From Gnetum montanum (lineage: Eukaryota; Plantae; Gnetophyta): a stretch of 64,000 nucleotides of DNA. The stretch spans positions 1 to 64,000 of the forward strand of contig MNCI01002470.1 of the NCBI GenBank assembly GCA_015680685.1. The letters are read 5' to 3'. A program made the position numbers and the translations under genes. How positions within the stretch are numbered: position 1 is the first letter of the stretch; each line of letters begins with the position of its first letter. The notes beneath the pieces were generated by a model that was given only the letters and a program-made list of their open reading frames with translations, was not told where the DNA came from and did no database searches. This document shows positions 1 through 11,855 of this stretch, piece after piece.

Positions 1-189
1 AGAACAGTCCTGGATTATGACTATAAACTGATACCACAGAACAGTACTGGATTATGACTATAAACTGATACCACAGAACAGTCTTGAATTATGACTATAA
101 ACTGATACCACAGAACAGTCCTGGATTATGACTATAAACTGATACCACAGAACAGTCCTGGATTATGACTATAAACTGATACCACAGAA
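1..189. repeat. 37-bp tandem repeat (satellite/minisatellite), 5 full copies, running into the gap
   Basis: Unit AGAACAGTCCTGGATTATGACTATAAACTGATACCAC starts at 1, 38, 75, 112, 149 and 186, with 0-2 substitutions per copy and no spacers. Confidence 0.97.
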
Positions 190-1131
190 NNNNNNNNNNN
201 NNNNNNNNNNNNNNNNNNNNNNNNNNNNNNNNNNNNNNNNNNNNNNNNNNNNNNNNNNNNNNNNNNNNNNNNNNNNNNNNNNNNNNNNNNNNNNNNNNNN
301 NNNNNNNNNNNNNNNNNNNNNNNNNNNNNNNNNNNNNNNNNNNNNNNNNNNNNNNNNNNNNNNNNNNNNNNNNNNNNNNNNNNNNNNNNNNNNNNNNNNN
401 NNNNNNNNNNNNNNNNNNNNNNNNNNNNNNNNNNNNNNNNNNNNNNNNNNNNNNNNNNNNNNNNNNNNNNNNNNNNNNNNNNNNNNNNNNNNNNNNNNNN
501 NNNNNNNNNNNNNNNNNNNNNNNNNNNNNNNNNNNNNNNNNNNNNNNNNNNNNNNNNNNNNNNNNNNNNNNNNNNNNNNNNNNNNNNNNNNNNNNNNNNN
601 NNNNNNNNNNNNNNNNNNNNNNNNNNNNNNNNNNNNNNNNNNNNNNNNNNNNNNNNNNNNNNNNNNNNNNNNNNNNNNNNNNNNNNNNNNNNNNNNNNNN
701 NNNNNNNNNNNNNNNNNNNNNNNNNNNNNNNNNNNNNNNNNNNNNNNNNNNNNNNNNNNNNNNNNNNNNNNNNNNNNNNNNNNNNNNNNNNNNNNNNNNN
801 NNNNNNNNNNNNNNNNNNNNNNNNNNNNNNNNNNNNNNNNNNNNNNNNNNNNNNNNNNNNNNNNNNNNNNNNNNNNNNNNNNNNNNNNNNNNNNNNNNNN
901 NNNNNNNNNNNNNNNNNNNNNNNNNNNNNNNNNNNNNNNNNNNNNNNNNNNNNNNNNNNNNNNNNNNNNNNNNNNNNNNNNNNNNNNNNNNNNNNNNNNN
1001 NNNNNNNNNNNNNNNNNNNNNNNNNNNNNNNNNNNNNNNNNNNNNNNNNNNNNNNNNNNNNNNNNNNNNNNNNNNNNNNNNNNNNNNNNNNNNNNNNNNN
1101 NNNNNNNNNNNNNNNNNNNNNNNNNNNNNNN
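190..1131. other. Assembly gap
   Basis: Run of N. Confidence 1.
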
Positions 1132-2330
1132 ACGCCCAGCGTTCACGCCCGGCGTCTACGCCCAGCGTCTACGCTCGGCTCCTCAGCGTACACGCTCGAC
1201 GACAGGATTTCCAACGGTAGCATGAAGATTACACCAAAGAGCAAGGATTGAAGCAAGTGGGCATCCGTCGGTCTCTGCGCTCGGCGTATACGTCCAGCGT
1301 GAACGCCCAGCGTACACGCCAGCTTGAAAATGTTTACGCCCAACGTGTACGCTCAGCGTACACGCCAGCTTGTAATGTATACGCCCAGCGTATACCGAGT
1401 TTCTAAATTGTAACGCCCGGTCTGTACGCCACGTGTCTCCCCATCCGCTTTTCCCGGTAACCCTACCCCTATAAATAGCCCGATTTTCCGCATTTACCAG
1501 GTCCGCGGAAATTTACCAGAGCCGACCCAGAGCAATTACGCTGCTGAAACCCTCACACGCTCACGCTCACGCTGAAAGCCCTGCACGCTGCACGCTGAGC
1601 ACAGTCCGCGCTTCGCCCACCGAGTCCGTCAGCTGCATCCCTCTGTCCACCGGGGCTTTACGTCCGCCTTGTGTCCCTACACAACTGCGTTAGACCGGTG
1701 CACAACATTTTAACTCTATAATCCATTGTTTACGTTTATTGCAAGTTCTTTTACAGTTTTATGTCAATTTGGCCCACTCCTCGTTCACGCTCGCCTGCAT
1801 TTTCGCTCCGTTTCCGTTTGTATACGCTCGCTGTTCACGCCGTCTCCCTGTTTACGCCCTGCATCCATTCACTGTTTACGCTGCCACGCTTGTACGCTCA
1901 CGCTGTGCTCATTTCTGTTTACGCTGTCACACCTGTACGCTCACGCTGTGCTCATTTCTGTTTACGCTGTCACGCCTGCACGCTCACGCTGCGCTCATTT
2001 TGGTCTATGTTGTCACGCCCGCACGCTCACGCTATGTTCACTTCCGCTTACGCTGTTGACGCCGCGCACGCCTGATTCATTGCTTACGCCCAGTTCACGT
2101 ATAACCCAGCGTATAACGCTTCGGCGGTGCTCGGGGAAGTCCTTGTTTGATCCGCGCACGGACTGTTCAAGGCACTCTGCCTTCGCACACTCCAGCTTGC
2201 CCTCAAGCGGAGGCGGGGTCAACTGTGCCCGCCCGCATCTCTTTCGGTGTTCGTCACGTTCCAGCCTTGCACCGACGATTTCGGTCGGCACAGTTTGGTT
2301 TGTTTTCTTTTTCATCTACCTACTCATCCA
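1132..2330 (+). mobile_element. GC/CpG-rich segment, probably a young LTR truncated by the gap
   Basis: Array of ACGC-NNN-GCGT motifs (1132-1430), then CCTATAAATAG at about 1469-1479, then a pyrimidine-rich tract and internal tandem repeats. It ends ...CTACTCATCCA with an abrupt switch to AT-rich DNA. The layout matches the LTRs elsewhere in the window. No PBS or TSD is visible. Confidence 0.5.
1872..2043. repeat. 43-bp tandem repeat, about 4 copies
   Basis: CTGTTTACGCTGYCACRCYTGYACGCTCACGCTGYGCTCATTT at 1872, 1915 and 1958, with a diverged copy at 2001. Confidence 0.92.
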
Positions 2331-3097
2331 CTGAGATAAGTGTGAAACCTATGCTGCTTATGCTACCATGGAATATCAAAGATGATGCATAGGTTGTTAA
2401 AATTAGCATGAAAATCTCAGACTTCATAGCTTAACACCTTTTAGTCAGTATTGACAAACATTTACATTACTACAACAAACATTTTACGGTGTTTTATAGG
2501 AGTTAATGTCAAGCATGTACTAATTTAATAGTTTTTCCCATGATTGTTGAGAAAGAGTTGATGTTGCAGCCATTATATTCATCACCTTCAGTTAGTTGTC
2601 TCTTGCCATGGTACGAAACAAATTGTAGTTTGAAAAGGTGACCCTTATCAAATGGTTAATTTTGTTTCAGATCCTAGCTATTTTTTATAATACACCATTC
2701 TTTGGTATATTAAGTTATTTTCCATTTTCCAAGGAAATTTTCATTTTCTCAAGTTTATGAATAGTGTGCCTATCCATTATTTCACCACAAGTCTCTGATA
2801 CTTTGAGAAAAGTGGAATTGTGTTGGATATACAAATGAGACATTAATCTAAATTGGGAAATGTAAAAGAAATAAATTGATATTAAATATTTATATATTAC
2901 TAGTATAATCATACTTACTTTACATGAATAGATTTTGGACTTAATTTATTATATTTGGAATTTTATTTTCTTCAATGAATCTAATGTTTCTCTAGTAAGA
3001 ATTTTTTTTTGATGAATCTAATTTCTCTCTTTGATATATATAGAGAATTGTTTCTAGAGGATCCATCAAGATCTACCAATGTTGCTCATGGGATTAA

Positions 3098-3250
3098 GTA
3101 AGAAATGCTTTCATATGTGGCTTGCATCATGTGATTATTCTCAAGATCATGCAGCTAAAGACAACTAAAGAAATATATGATCACTTAGAGGCTATATATG
3201 AAAGAGATGATAATATTAAAAAGTCAAAATTATTGGCCTTAAAAAGCAAG
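3098..3250 (+). pseudogene. gag: Ty1/copia gag fragment
   Basis: Translates VRNAFICGLHHVIILKIMQLKTTKEIYDHLEAIYERDDNIKKSKLLALKSK, matching the copia gag pattern KTAKEIWDxLxxxYEGxxxVKxxKL. It is cut by the RTE fragment at 3252. Confidence 0.7.
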
Positions 3251-3251
3251 G

Positions 3252-3640
3252 CATCATCATTATCATCATCATCCTAGCCTTGTTCCAATAAAATGGGGTC
3301 AGCTACATGAGTTTTTTTGTTTTTGTTCTTGTTTTTATGTTTTGTTTTGTTTTTCTTCTTCTTTTTAATTTTCTTTTTTCTTTCCTTTTGCCTCTATGGA
3401 GAGCAAGATCTTGGTTAATTTGTAATTTCTTCAAATCATCTTTGATAATTTTTTAATGTTTTCTTTGGTCTTATTTTCAATGGCTTTTCTTGAATAGTGA
3501 TGTAGCAACCTTTGCTTATAGGCTTATTGTTTAATCTTCTTTGAACATGTCCAAACCATCTAAGCCACTATTTTTGTAGCTTATCTAAAATAGAAGCCAT
3601 CCCAAGTCTTCCTCTAATCCTTCAACTAGTAACCTCTTAC
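3252..3640 (-). mobile_element. 5'-truncated RTE-clade LINE (3' end only)
   Basis: Minus strand encodes LRWFGHVQRR (about 3536-3565) and ends CATGTAGCTGACCCCATTTTATTGGAACAAGGCTAG followed by a (GAT)n tail. The same 3' end occurs at 6888-6939. Confidence 0.85.
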
Positions 3641-4519
3641 ATAACAAGATAATAAGCTAATCACTTGAGCCACCTATAATTGACAAATGAAATCATTGCA
3701 ATAAAAATGTGATTAGTATATTACTTAAAGAATTGCAAGTAGTATAAGACCCTTATTTTCTTTAAAGAGTATATGTAAGTTGGAATTTATTTTGGCTTGA
3801 AATATCCAAAAGAAACTTTATCATGTCATTGCTCATTCAATTATTCTTTGTGAATGTATTATATGGGATTCTAATATTACAAATAAATATTGAAAATAGA
3901 TAAAACAAATTAGAAACTTTTTGAATTTGATGAATTTAAAATGAATAGATAGACACAATGTGGGATTGTGCTTCTTGAAGGAGACATTATGCTCTTAGAA
4001 GGTAAAATTATTTGTCAATTTATATCCTACACTCATAATCTTTCTAAATTCTCATTGACTATATACTTCAAAAAAGTGATGACAAAAATCAAAGATAAAG
4101 GATGGTCTCATAAGAAAGTTCTATGGCTTATTAAATGGAATATTCAAGAGCAGATTCTTTATTCTCACCTTAAGTAAGTTCAAAAATTAGTGAAATAAAT
4201 AGTATTTTTAAAAATTTGAAAAATATAAAAAGAAAAAATTATATTTATTTGAATAATATTAGGCCTTAACTCAAAAGTAAACTATTTACCTATTCCTATT
4301 CTTACCATTTGTGATTCACAATTACTATAGCATGAATGTATTCTTACCATTTAAGAGTTAAAACTTGTAGATGGATCAATTTTCTTTGTGAAGAATGAAT
4401 ATGTTGAATATACCATACAAATAGCATTGAAGATGAATAACATATTTTCGTACAATATTCTACATTTAAGCACACTAGTTATAAGTATGGTATTACCATT
4501 GCAATTTGGTTTATTTCTT

Positions 4520-7205
4520 TCAAATGTTACCAAGAACACTAAATTTTCTTAATGATGTTTTGAAAACTCATACATATATATTTTTACTATCCATTAAATC
4601 CATAGCCTCTAGAGATGTAAAAAATTTTAGTTGTTTAATAAATCCACCAATGCTAGTCCTAGGCCTATATATGAAAGGAGGGCTAGCGTAAAGTTTGTAA
4701 TGAGTTGTAAATCCTTTCCAAATATCATGGATGAGTTTTTTGATATTTTGTAGATGCTAGATAATTTTCTAGATGTGATGGATAATAGTCATACAGATTG
4801 GTTGCTATGCAAAATGAGCAAGGACTTACTAGGACATCCTCCAAAAACAATGTGCAACATTACCATCTAGATGTTATAAAATGTAGATAAGGGTTTCTGT
4901 ATCAAGGATGAGTATAGATAAAGAAGCAAGTTTAAAAAAAAAAATTTCAAATGATAACTTGGAATATTGACATTCATAATAAAAGAGCTTCTGAAATTAC
5001 CAATACCATGAAGAGATGAAGAATCTACATTACCTAACTTCAAGAAATAAGATGGAAAGAAGAGAAAGTTAAAGATTTAGGCTAGGCTTACAAACTATTC
5101 TACTCATCAAAAAGAAAATCCCTAAAATGAAATGGACATCACCATTAATCAATGTATCAAAAATAAAGTGGTACAAGTATATTGCTATGGTGATTGAATT
5201 CTGTGCATTGTACTTGTACTTGGACATAAGATCATCGACATCATTAGTGTATATGCTCCACAAATTGGCCTAGAAAATTCCATCAAGCATGGATTTTAGA
5301 ATTTTATGAATTAGGTGCTTCAAGAAATTTCCTAGGAAGAAAGAATATTTATTGGAGGTTATTTTAATGATCATGCTAGATCTACGAAAATGGAATATAA
5401 TAGGATTCATGGAGGACATGGATTTGGAGAGTGCAATAATATGGGAGATTCACTACTATAATTTGCATTATGTGTGACCTTACAATCGCACATACTTATT
5501 TCAAGAAGAGGAAAAACATTTAATTATAAATAAAAATGGTATAGATAAAACAAAAATTGATTATTTCTTGATGCACAAAAGAGACTAGGCAGTGTACAAA
5601 GATTGCAATGTCATACTTGGAAAGTACCTTACAACATAGCATTGACTAATGGTCATGGATTTAACTATATAAAGATTTAAAGGTACCAAAAGAAAAGGAA
5701 ATATATGCATAAAATAGTAGAATTTGAAGGACGATAACATCACCTCACCTAGAATTGGAATTGCTCCACAAATAAAATTTTAGGCTAAATGGAAAGTTGC
5801 ATTCATAAAATTGAAAGGAAAAATTTGGTTAAAACAAAAGTCAAAAGATACATCCCAAAGAAGACATGGTAGTGGACTGATGAAGTGTAGCATGCTATTC
5901 AAAATAATGAACAATACTTTAAGAAATGGTAGCAAAGCGGTAGCTAAGAAAACAAGATGATATACAAAATTGCAAAGAATGAGGTAATTATAGTAGTAAT
6001 TAAAGTCAAACATAAGGTCTTAGATAGCATTTATGAAAAATTAAGAATAAAGGAAGAAGAAAAATATATTTATAAGTTAGAAAAAATTAGAAACAAAAAG
6101 TGTAAGGATATTAATTATGTCAAAATGCATTAAGGACCTAGATGAAAGAATTTTGGTAAGAGATGATAAAACTTTGGATATGTGGAAAAGTTATTTTTAA
6201 GAATTATTAAATAAATAATTCCCAAGAGAAGACATCCAAAAAGAAGAACCAAATTTTGGTCTAGTTAATTTTAGTCTTACTTTTACTATTTTTAAGCCTT
6301 ATGATTCTAGGGCATGTTTCTAGCTCTCCATTTTAGAAGCAATAATTTCTCGAGCGGTATCTAGCAATACAATATTATTTGCAAATAACATATAGTAAAG
6401 AATTTCATTTTTTATTTCTTTTGTTAATTAATTTATAATAACGACAAATAAGTATAGGTTAAGTATAGAACCTTGATGTAAACCTACTATGACCAAATAG
6501 GTATAGCCTACTACCTTATATGGTACTAAAAATTGGGTAGTAATAAAGACACATGAACAACAAATCAATGTGGAAAAAATGCAAATGCTCTAATAGCTAT
6601 TGAATGTTATCAAAAGAGGTAAGATACATAATATAAACATTGGTGAAAGACTTGAAGTAGTTTTTATTTTAGATAAGCTACAAGAGTGATAGCTTAAATG
6701 GTTTGGACATGTGCAAAGAAGATCAAACAATCAGCCTCTAAACAAAGGTTGCTACATCATTGTTTTAGAAAATTCACCAAAACAAAGACTAAAGAAGACA
6801 TAGGAAAATATAATCCAAGATTATTTGAAATAGCTACAAATAAATAAATATCTAGCTCTTCATAGAAGTGTATGACAAAAAAAAAACTCATTTAGCTAAC
6901 CTCATTTTGTTGGAACAAGACTATGATCATGATGATGATAACTTTATAGAAATTTAACTAAGTCATAGTTTTACGTTCCAATACATTATAATTTTCATGT
7001 GTGATATTATAGTTGAAAATATGATTGAGTTATTCTAAATTTTACCAAGAATACATAGTAATATTATTAATGATGTTTTCAGAAATCATAGCATGTCCAT
7101 TTCTATTATCCAATAGATCCAGAGACTTTATAGATGTAATAAAATTTTAGTTTCATATGATAACTTTATAGACTTTTAATTAAGTAACAATTTCAAGTTC
7201 CAAAA
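4520..7205. repeat. Diverged ~220-bp tandem duplication interrupted by the RTE
   Basis: 4520-4631 aligns to 7040-7151, and 6937-6985 aligns to 7159-7205. Confidence 0.7.
4632..6939 (+). mobile_element. Degenerate RTE-clade LINE (APE + rearranged RT), (GAT)n tail
   Basis: YAPQIGLE (about 5252), IHGGHGFG, TKIDYFL, CIKDLDERILVRDD, TLYGTKNW and LKWFGHVQRR (about 6693-6722). Many stops and frameshifts. The 5' boundary is approximate. Confidence 0.88.
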
Positions 7206-7849
7206 TCTTCTAATAATCTAGGGGATCTTAAAACTTGAAACTTTTTTTAATAATATTTACACCCAAGACATATAGTTAAATTATCACTTTATAACTCAAC
7301 ATTTTTACCCAAAAATAAACCCATAACTTAGAGCTTCCAAATAGATTTAATATACTTAATAAGTCTAAGAAGACTAATAATTTACTACTAAGATTTTTGA
7401 ATAATTAATTGAAGATTAAGTATCTTGAAAAAACATTAATCTTTAGAATATTCTTCAAATTGGATATCAATGTTTAATATCCATTTACAAATGATTAACA
7501 CTATATGCTTATGTGTAAATGATCCTATATCTAGGGCACATTGCAATATTGAAGTATCACCTTACTCAACAACCAAAATATAATAAGTATAATATATAAG
7601 ATAAATAACTTAAATGTTATATTTTTGCATGACATCATTTAACTACAAGTAAAACTTCAATTACAAGGTAGGTAAAGAAAAATTTAAATTAGTACATATT
7701 GTGATGCTATGACATCCCATTTCCAAATGTCAGATATATGTTTTATTCAATATTATGCATACTAAATATGATAGAAAATATGCAAAAGGAGAAAAAGGAA
7801 ATTTTATTAATAAAAAATTATAATTAAATAAGTGTATCTAGGTAATATT

Positions 7850-10800
7850 CTAGGGATTATTAGGGTTATCTTGTTTTGATATCTGTCCCTTGTTAGAAAT
7901 AGTATGAATGTGTGCTTCCAACTCCTTTATGATCATTTCCCCTTCATGAGGAGTAGAGTAGGACATAGTGATGATCTTTACTGTTCATGTTGATGTCTTA
8001 TTTTGATGTATTAGAAATTATAATTATTAAGTTTTGTTGTAGAAGAATCATAAGATTTAAGAAAATACGTAACAAATTATGTTGACTTAAACTAAAATAA
8101 AGTTGTTGATGTTTTGAACTCATCATAAGTTGACATTTATCATGTTGTTAATGTTATGTATTAAAAGAATATTCAAAAGGAATAACATATAGCTTGAGAT
8201 GTATAAGCCAATCAATAGGTTGATCTCTAATATTTGGAAGAGATAACTATTTGTTAATTGTAATACAATAAATATCACTAGGATGGTGATCACACCATGG
8301 TAGTATTATCATAAACTCATAGTGCTACATAATATACACCTTATATTGAATGTTGAGCTTGATAGAACACATCAAGTCATTAACATTGCACCTTAAGCTT
8401 AAGCTTTGAAATTGTAGCAACCTTTACTATCTAGTTACCATTTCATGACATTTAAAAACTTGATTTATGAATAAGTTATCACTTTTTTAACTTTCTCTAC
8501 CATACACCATAAATCAAAAATTTTATTTACTATCAATGGCTATGGAGTATGAGCTCTAATGGAATTTCTCAAAGAATAAGCATTTCAAATGGGCATTGTA
8601 TGACTAAATATAACATCATCCTTAATTAGTAAAGTAATAATTAAAAGAGTAAAATGAAAATAATCTATTTATTTTTCTAGAACCATGATATAAATTATTT
8701 TATCCTTAAGTTTCTTTTGAAATGCAAGAAAGAATGGCTGTAGCCATTAGGGATATAATCTCCTTTAAAATATATTATAACACAAAGTTATAAACCAATA
8801 AGAAAAAATATGCTTTCCATGCTAAATTAATGAATTTATAACTTCATCATCAAACATATAGGTATCATGTTTAAATTACTTGCAAAAAATTCTTTAAGAC
8901 TAATAACATCAACTAGTAAATGAATCTATATTTGCATTTCTATCAACAACACTAGAAATTAATTATCCTCTTGATTTGAGGGCTTTGTCTTTCACCATGG
9001 ATTTGAAAAGTTGTAAATCACTTAACAATAGTGGTGGAACACTAGAACCATTACTTAAAGACTTTTGATCAAAGGACTTCTTAAAAGATTCTTCTCTAAC
9101 TTCATTATACATTGTTAAAAGTAACAATGGACATATGGTGGGTGTAGATGGTAGTTCATAGTTCATGTTTATAATAGAGGATAACAGATTCTTATAGTCA
9201 GTAGTAAACTCCTCTATTATATCTTGTTATTATAAACTCTACACTATGATGTTCAACCTTTCTTTCTCCTCATTAAAAGGTGTTGTCAAAGTACTTTTCT
9301 ACATAGTTAGATCTACAACTTATTTATGTGAATCCTTCAAATGCTACAAAAGTGGGAAGTTCTTATTTTCTCATGTAGCCTTGTGTATTTCTAACTCCAT
9401 CATCTTTACCGACATCAATTCCTAAACTCTACTTGCTAGTTTAGGATTAGAATTGGAATCTATGACGTTTCTTACTTACTTTAGTTCTTTAAGTCCTATA
9501 GCCTACTTCTTAGCAATTATGAGGGCACCATCTTTCTCTATTTTCAATTTTCTAAATGCTATAGTATAATCTTCATTATCCTTATATTTTTTTCTTAAAT
9601 ATTTATTTAAGGGTACATTTTATGCTAGGGGGTGCTGGAGACCTATGTGTTGTAATGCAACATTGTTTCAAAAGCTCTGGCTTTGAAATAATATTCTATT
9701 AGAATGTAATTCAAAATCATCAAAACATAGAGTAAATCATTACTCACTACAATGAAGAAGAAGTCTTCAAACCAACTAATTTCCTTAGTAATCATGCCTT
9801 GGATAATTGTTGAATAATTATATTCATCAACTTTCTTAATATATTTCCACCGAGCCTCATTATATAATGTTTCATCAACAAGGCTCTTCTACACTAATGT
9901 TTTAAAGAACTTCAATATTGCTTCATAATGAGCAACTTTATTTTCAAATCTTTGATATTGTCATTAAGGATGGGGATAACTAATTACTCTATGACATATT
10001 TCATCCTTCTACCTAAACTTCATTGCACTATGTTAGTGAGGATATCTCCATAACTACTCCTCTTTGGAAAAGGCTTCTAGAAATACTTTGACAATACTTT
10101 CTTATTTCTACCTTTTACCACTGAGATGACCTTTGGCATTTTAAATTACAAAAAACTCTTACAAAGATAGAATGAAGATTGCCATAGGATAATTGTGAGG
10201 ATGACGAATAATAGTAAGCTAATATTTGTTCCTTTTCTTCTTCTTTTTGTACAGAAATCTAATCTACATAGCTACCTTTGTTCACTATGGCATAGTGTAG
10301 ATTTAGTAGAGGCTAAGAAATCATATTCCTTGTATCTTTAATACAAATAAAATAGGAAATAATATATACCAAATCATAATATGACATCTAAAGTTAAGAA
10401 ATTAGTATTTTGGTAGTGGTGGAGACATGGGCTTTACCTTATTCCTATTAGTTGATAAGGCATTCGATAAGTTGATGCCTCAGAAACATGATTTATTTTA
10501 AGGTAAAATCTATTTTAACCATATGAAAATAGAACCACATAAATCTATTTTGTTTTAAGAAAATTGCTAAGTCTTTCTAAACAAAAAGATAAATCAATCT
10601 TTATTATATGTTGTAATAAAATTTTCAAACAATGGTTAATCTTTCAACACTACAAACTTTACAAATAGTATTAGGCTTAATGTTTCCACTTTTATAATAA
10701 AGCCACCTTCCACTAATGGTGTGGTAAGATTAAGATTGGATAATCAAGAATAGAATAATTTGAATAATCAATGTTGATTGAAAATGTTAAAATTTGAATA

Positions 10801-11855
10801 ATCAAGGATGAAATAATTTATTGTGAATAATCTAAAAAGTAGAAATCATCAATTTGACCAAAAAGGAATAGGATTTAGTGAGAGTTTGACTATCTTGTAT
10901 TTTTGTGTTGTTTACTTGGATTTGGAAAAGTAAAAATTAAATTTATGATTTCATCTTATATACTTACAATTTCATTTATTGCACTTACTAACATTTTCAC
11001 TATATCACACTCGCGGTATTGGTAAATTGTGGTAACATAAGCCTACTCTAATATCATGTTAAGTTTTATGATAAAATAATCATAAGATCCAAGGAAAACA
11101 AGTAATAAATTATGTTGACTTAAACTAGGATAAAACTATTGATGGTTATCACAATGTTAAGTATTGAAAGTACATTGTAAAGGTATAAGGCATAGTCTAA
11201 GATGTATAACCTAATTAATAGATTAATTTCTAATTTTTAGAAGAGATAACTATTTGTTAACTATAATACAACAAACATTATTGTAATATCCATGATGATC
11301 ATACCATGGCAATGTTACCATAAATTCATGTTATTGCATAATATAGACTTTATTTTGAATGTTGAGTTTGATAAAATGCACCAAACTCTTAATAATAAGT
11401 ATGTATTTTTTCAAAATAAAAGGATCATAGTAGGGTAGTTTAAGAGAAAATGTTCAAAAAAGGAAATGAGATGTCAAAAACCTTCATGAGAGGATCATGC
11501 ATAAAGAGGAAAGATCCTTCACAAAAATGTATATTTGGGTAATGCTTTGAGGCTTCTTAGGGTTATCTTTGTTTGAAATATATCCCTTATTACAAATATT
11601 GTGAATGTATGCCTCTAACTCTTTCATGATCATTTTCCCTTCATGTTGAGTAGAGTAGGACATAGTGATAGGCTTTACTTTTTATGTTGATGTCTTCTTT
11701 TCATGTAACATAAGTTATAAGTATGTTTTTTTCAAAAAGAAAAGGATCATGGAAGGTTAGGTCAAGAGAAAATATTTATAAAAGAAAAGAAAGGACTAAA
11801 ATATTTCATGATAGGCCTATGCCAAAAGAGGTAAAATCCTTCACAAAAATGTATT
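7850..11855. repeat. Two-copy ~310-bp tandem duplication; first copy split by the Copia element
   Basis: 7850-8024 joined to 11395-11540 aligns to 11545-11855 (shared GAGTAGAGTAGGACATAGTGAT and ATCCTTCACAAAAATGTAT). Confidence 0.8.
8025..11394 (-). mobile_element. Old, internally deleted Ty1/copia LTR element (3.4 kb)
   Basis: LTRs 8025-8385 and 11057-11394 have T(G/A)TTAAG...TTAA(C/T)A ends. TSD ATAAT/ATAAG. Decayed tRNA-iMet PBS TGATATTAGAGT on the minus strand (11045-11056). Decayed PPT near 8386-8400. Weak RT remnant YMFDDE near 8843-8860. Confidence 0.75.

Noticed and set aside
1-189. CRISPR array (37-bp repeats)
   Set aside because: Units are head-to-tail with no spacers, there are no cas genes, and the context is eukaryotic.
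169-1146. 325-aa ORF
   Set aside because: Artefact of translating the N gap.
1726-2334. 202-aa ORF and overlapping ORFs
   Set aside because: Open in several frames because of stop-poor GC-rich tandem repeats; no protein features.
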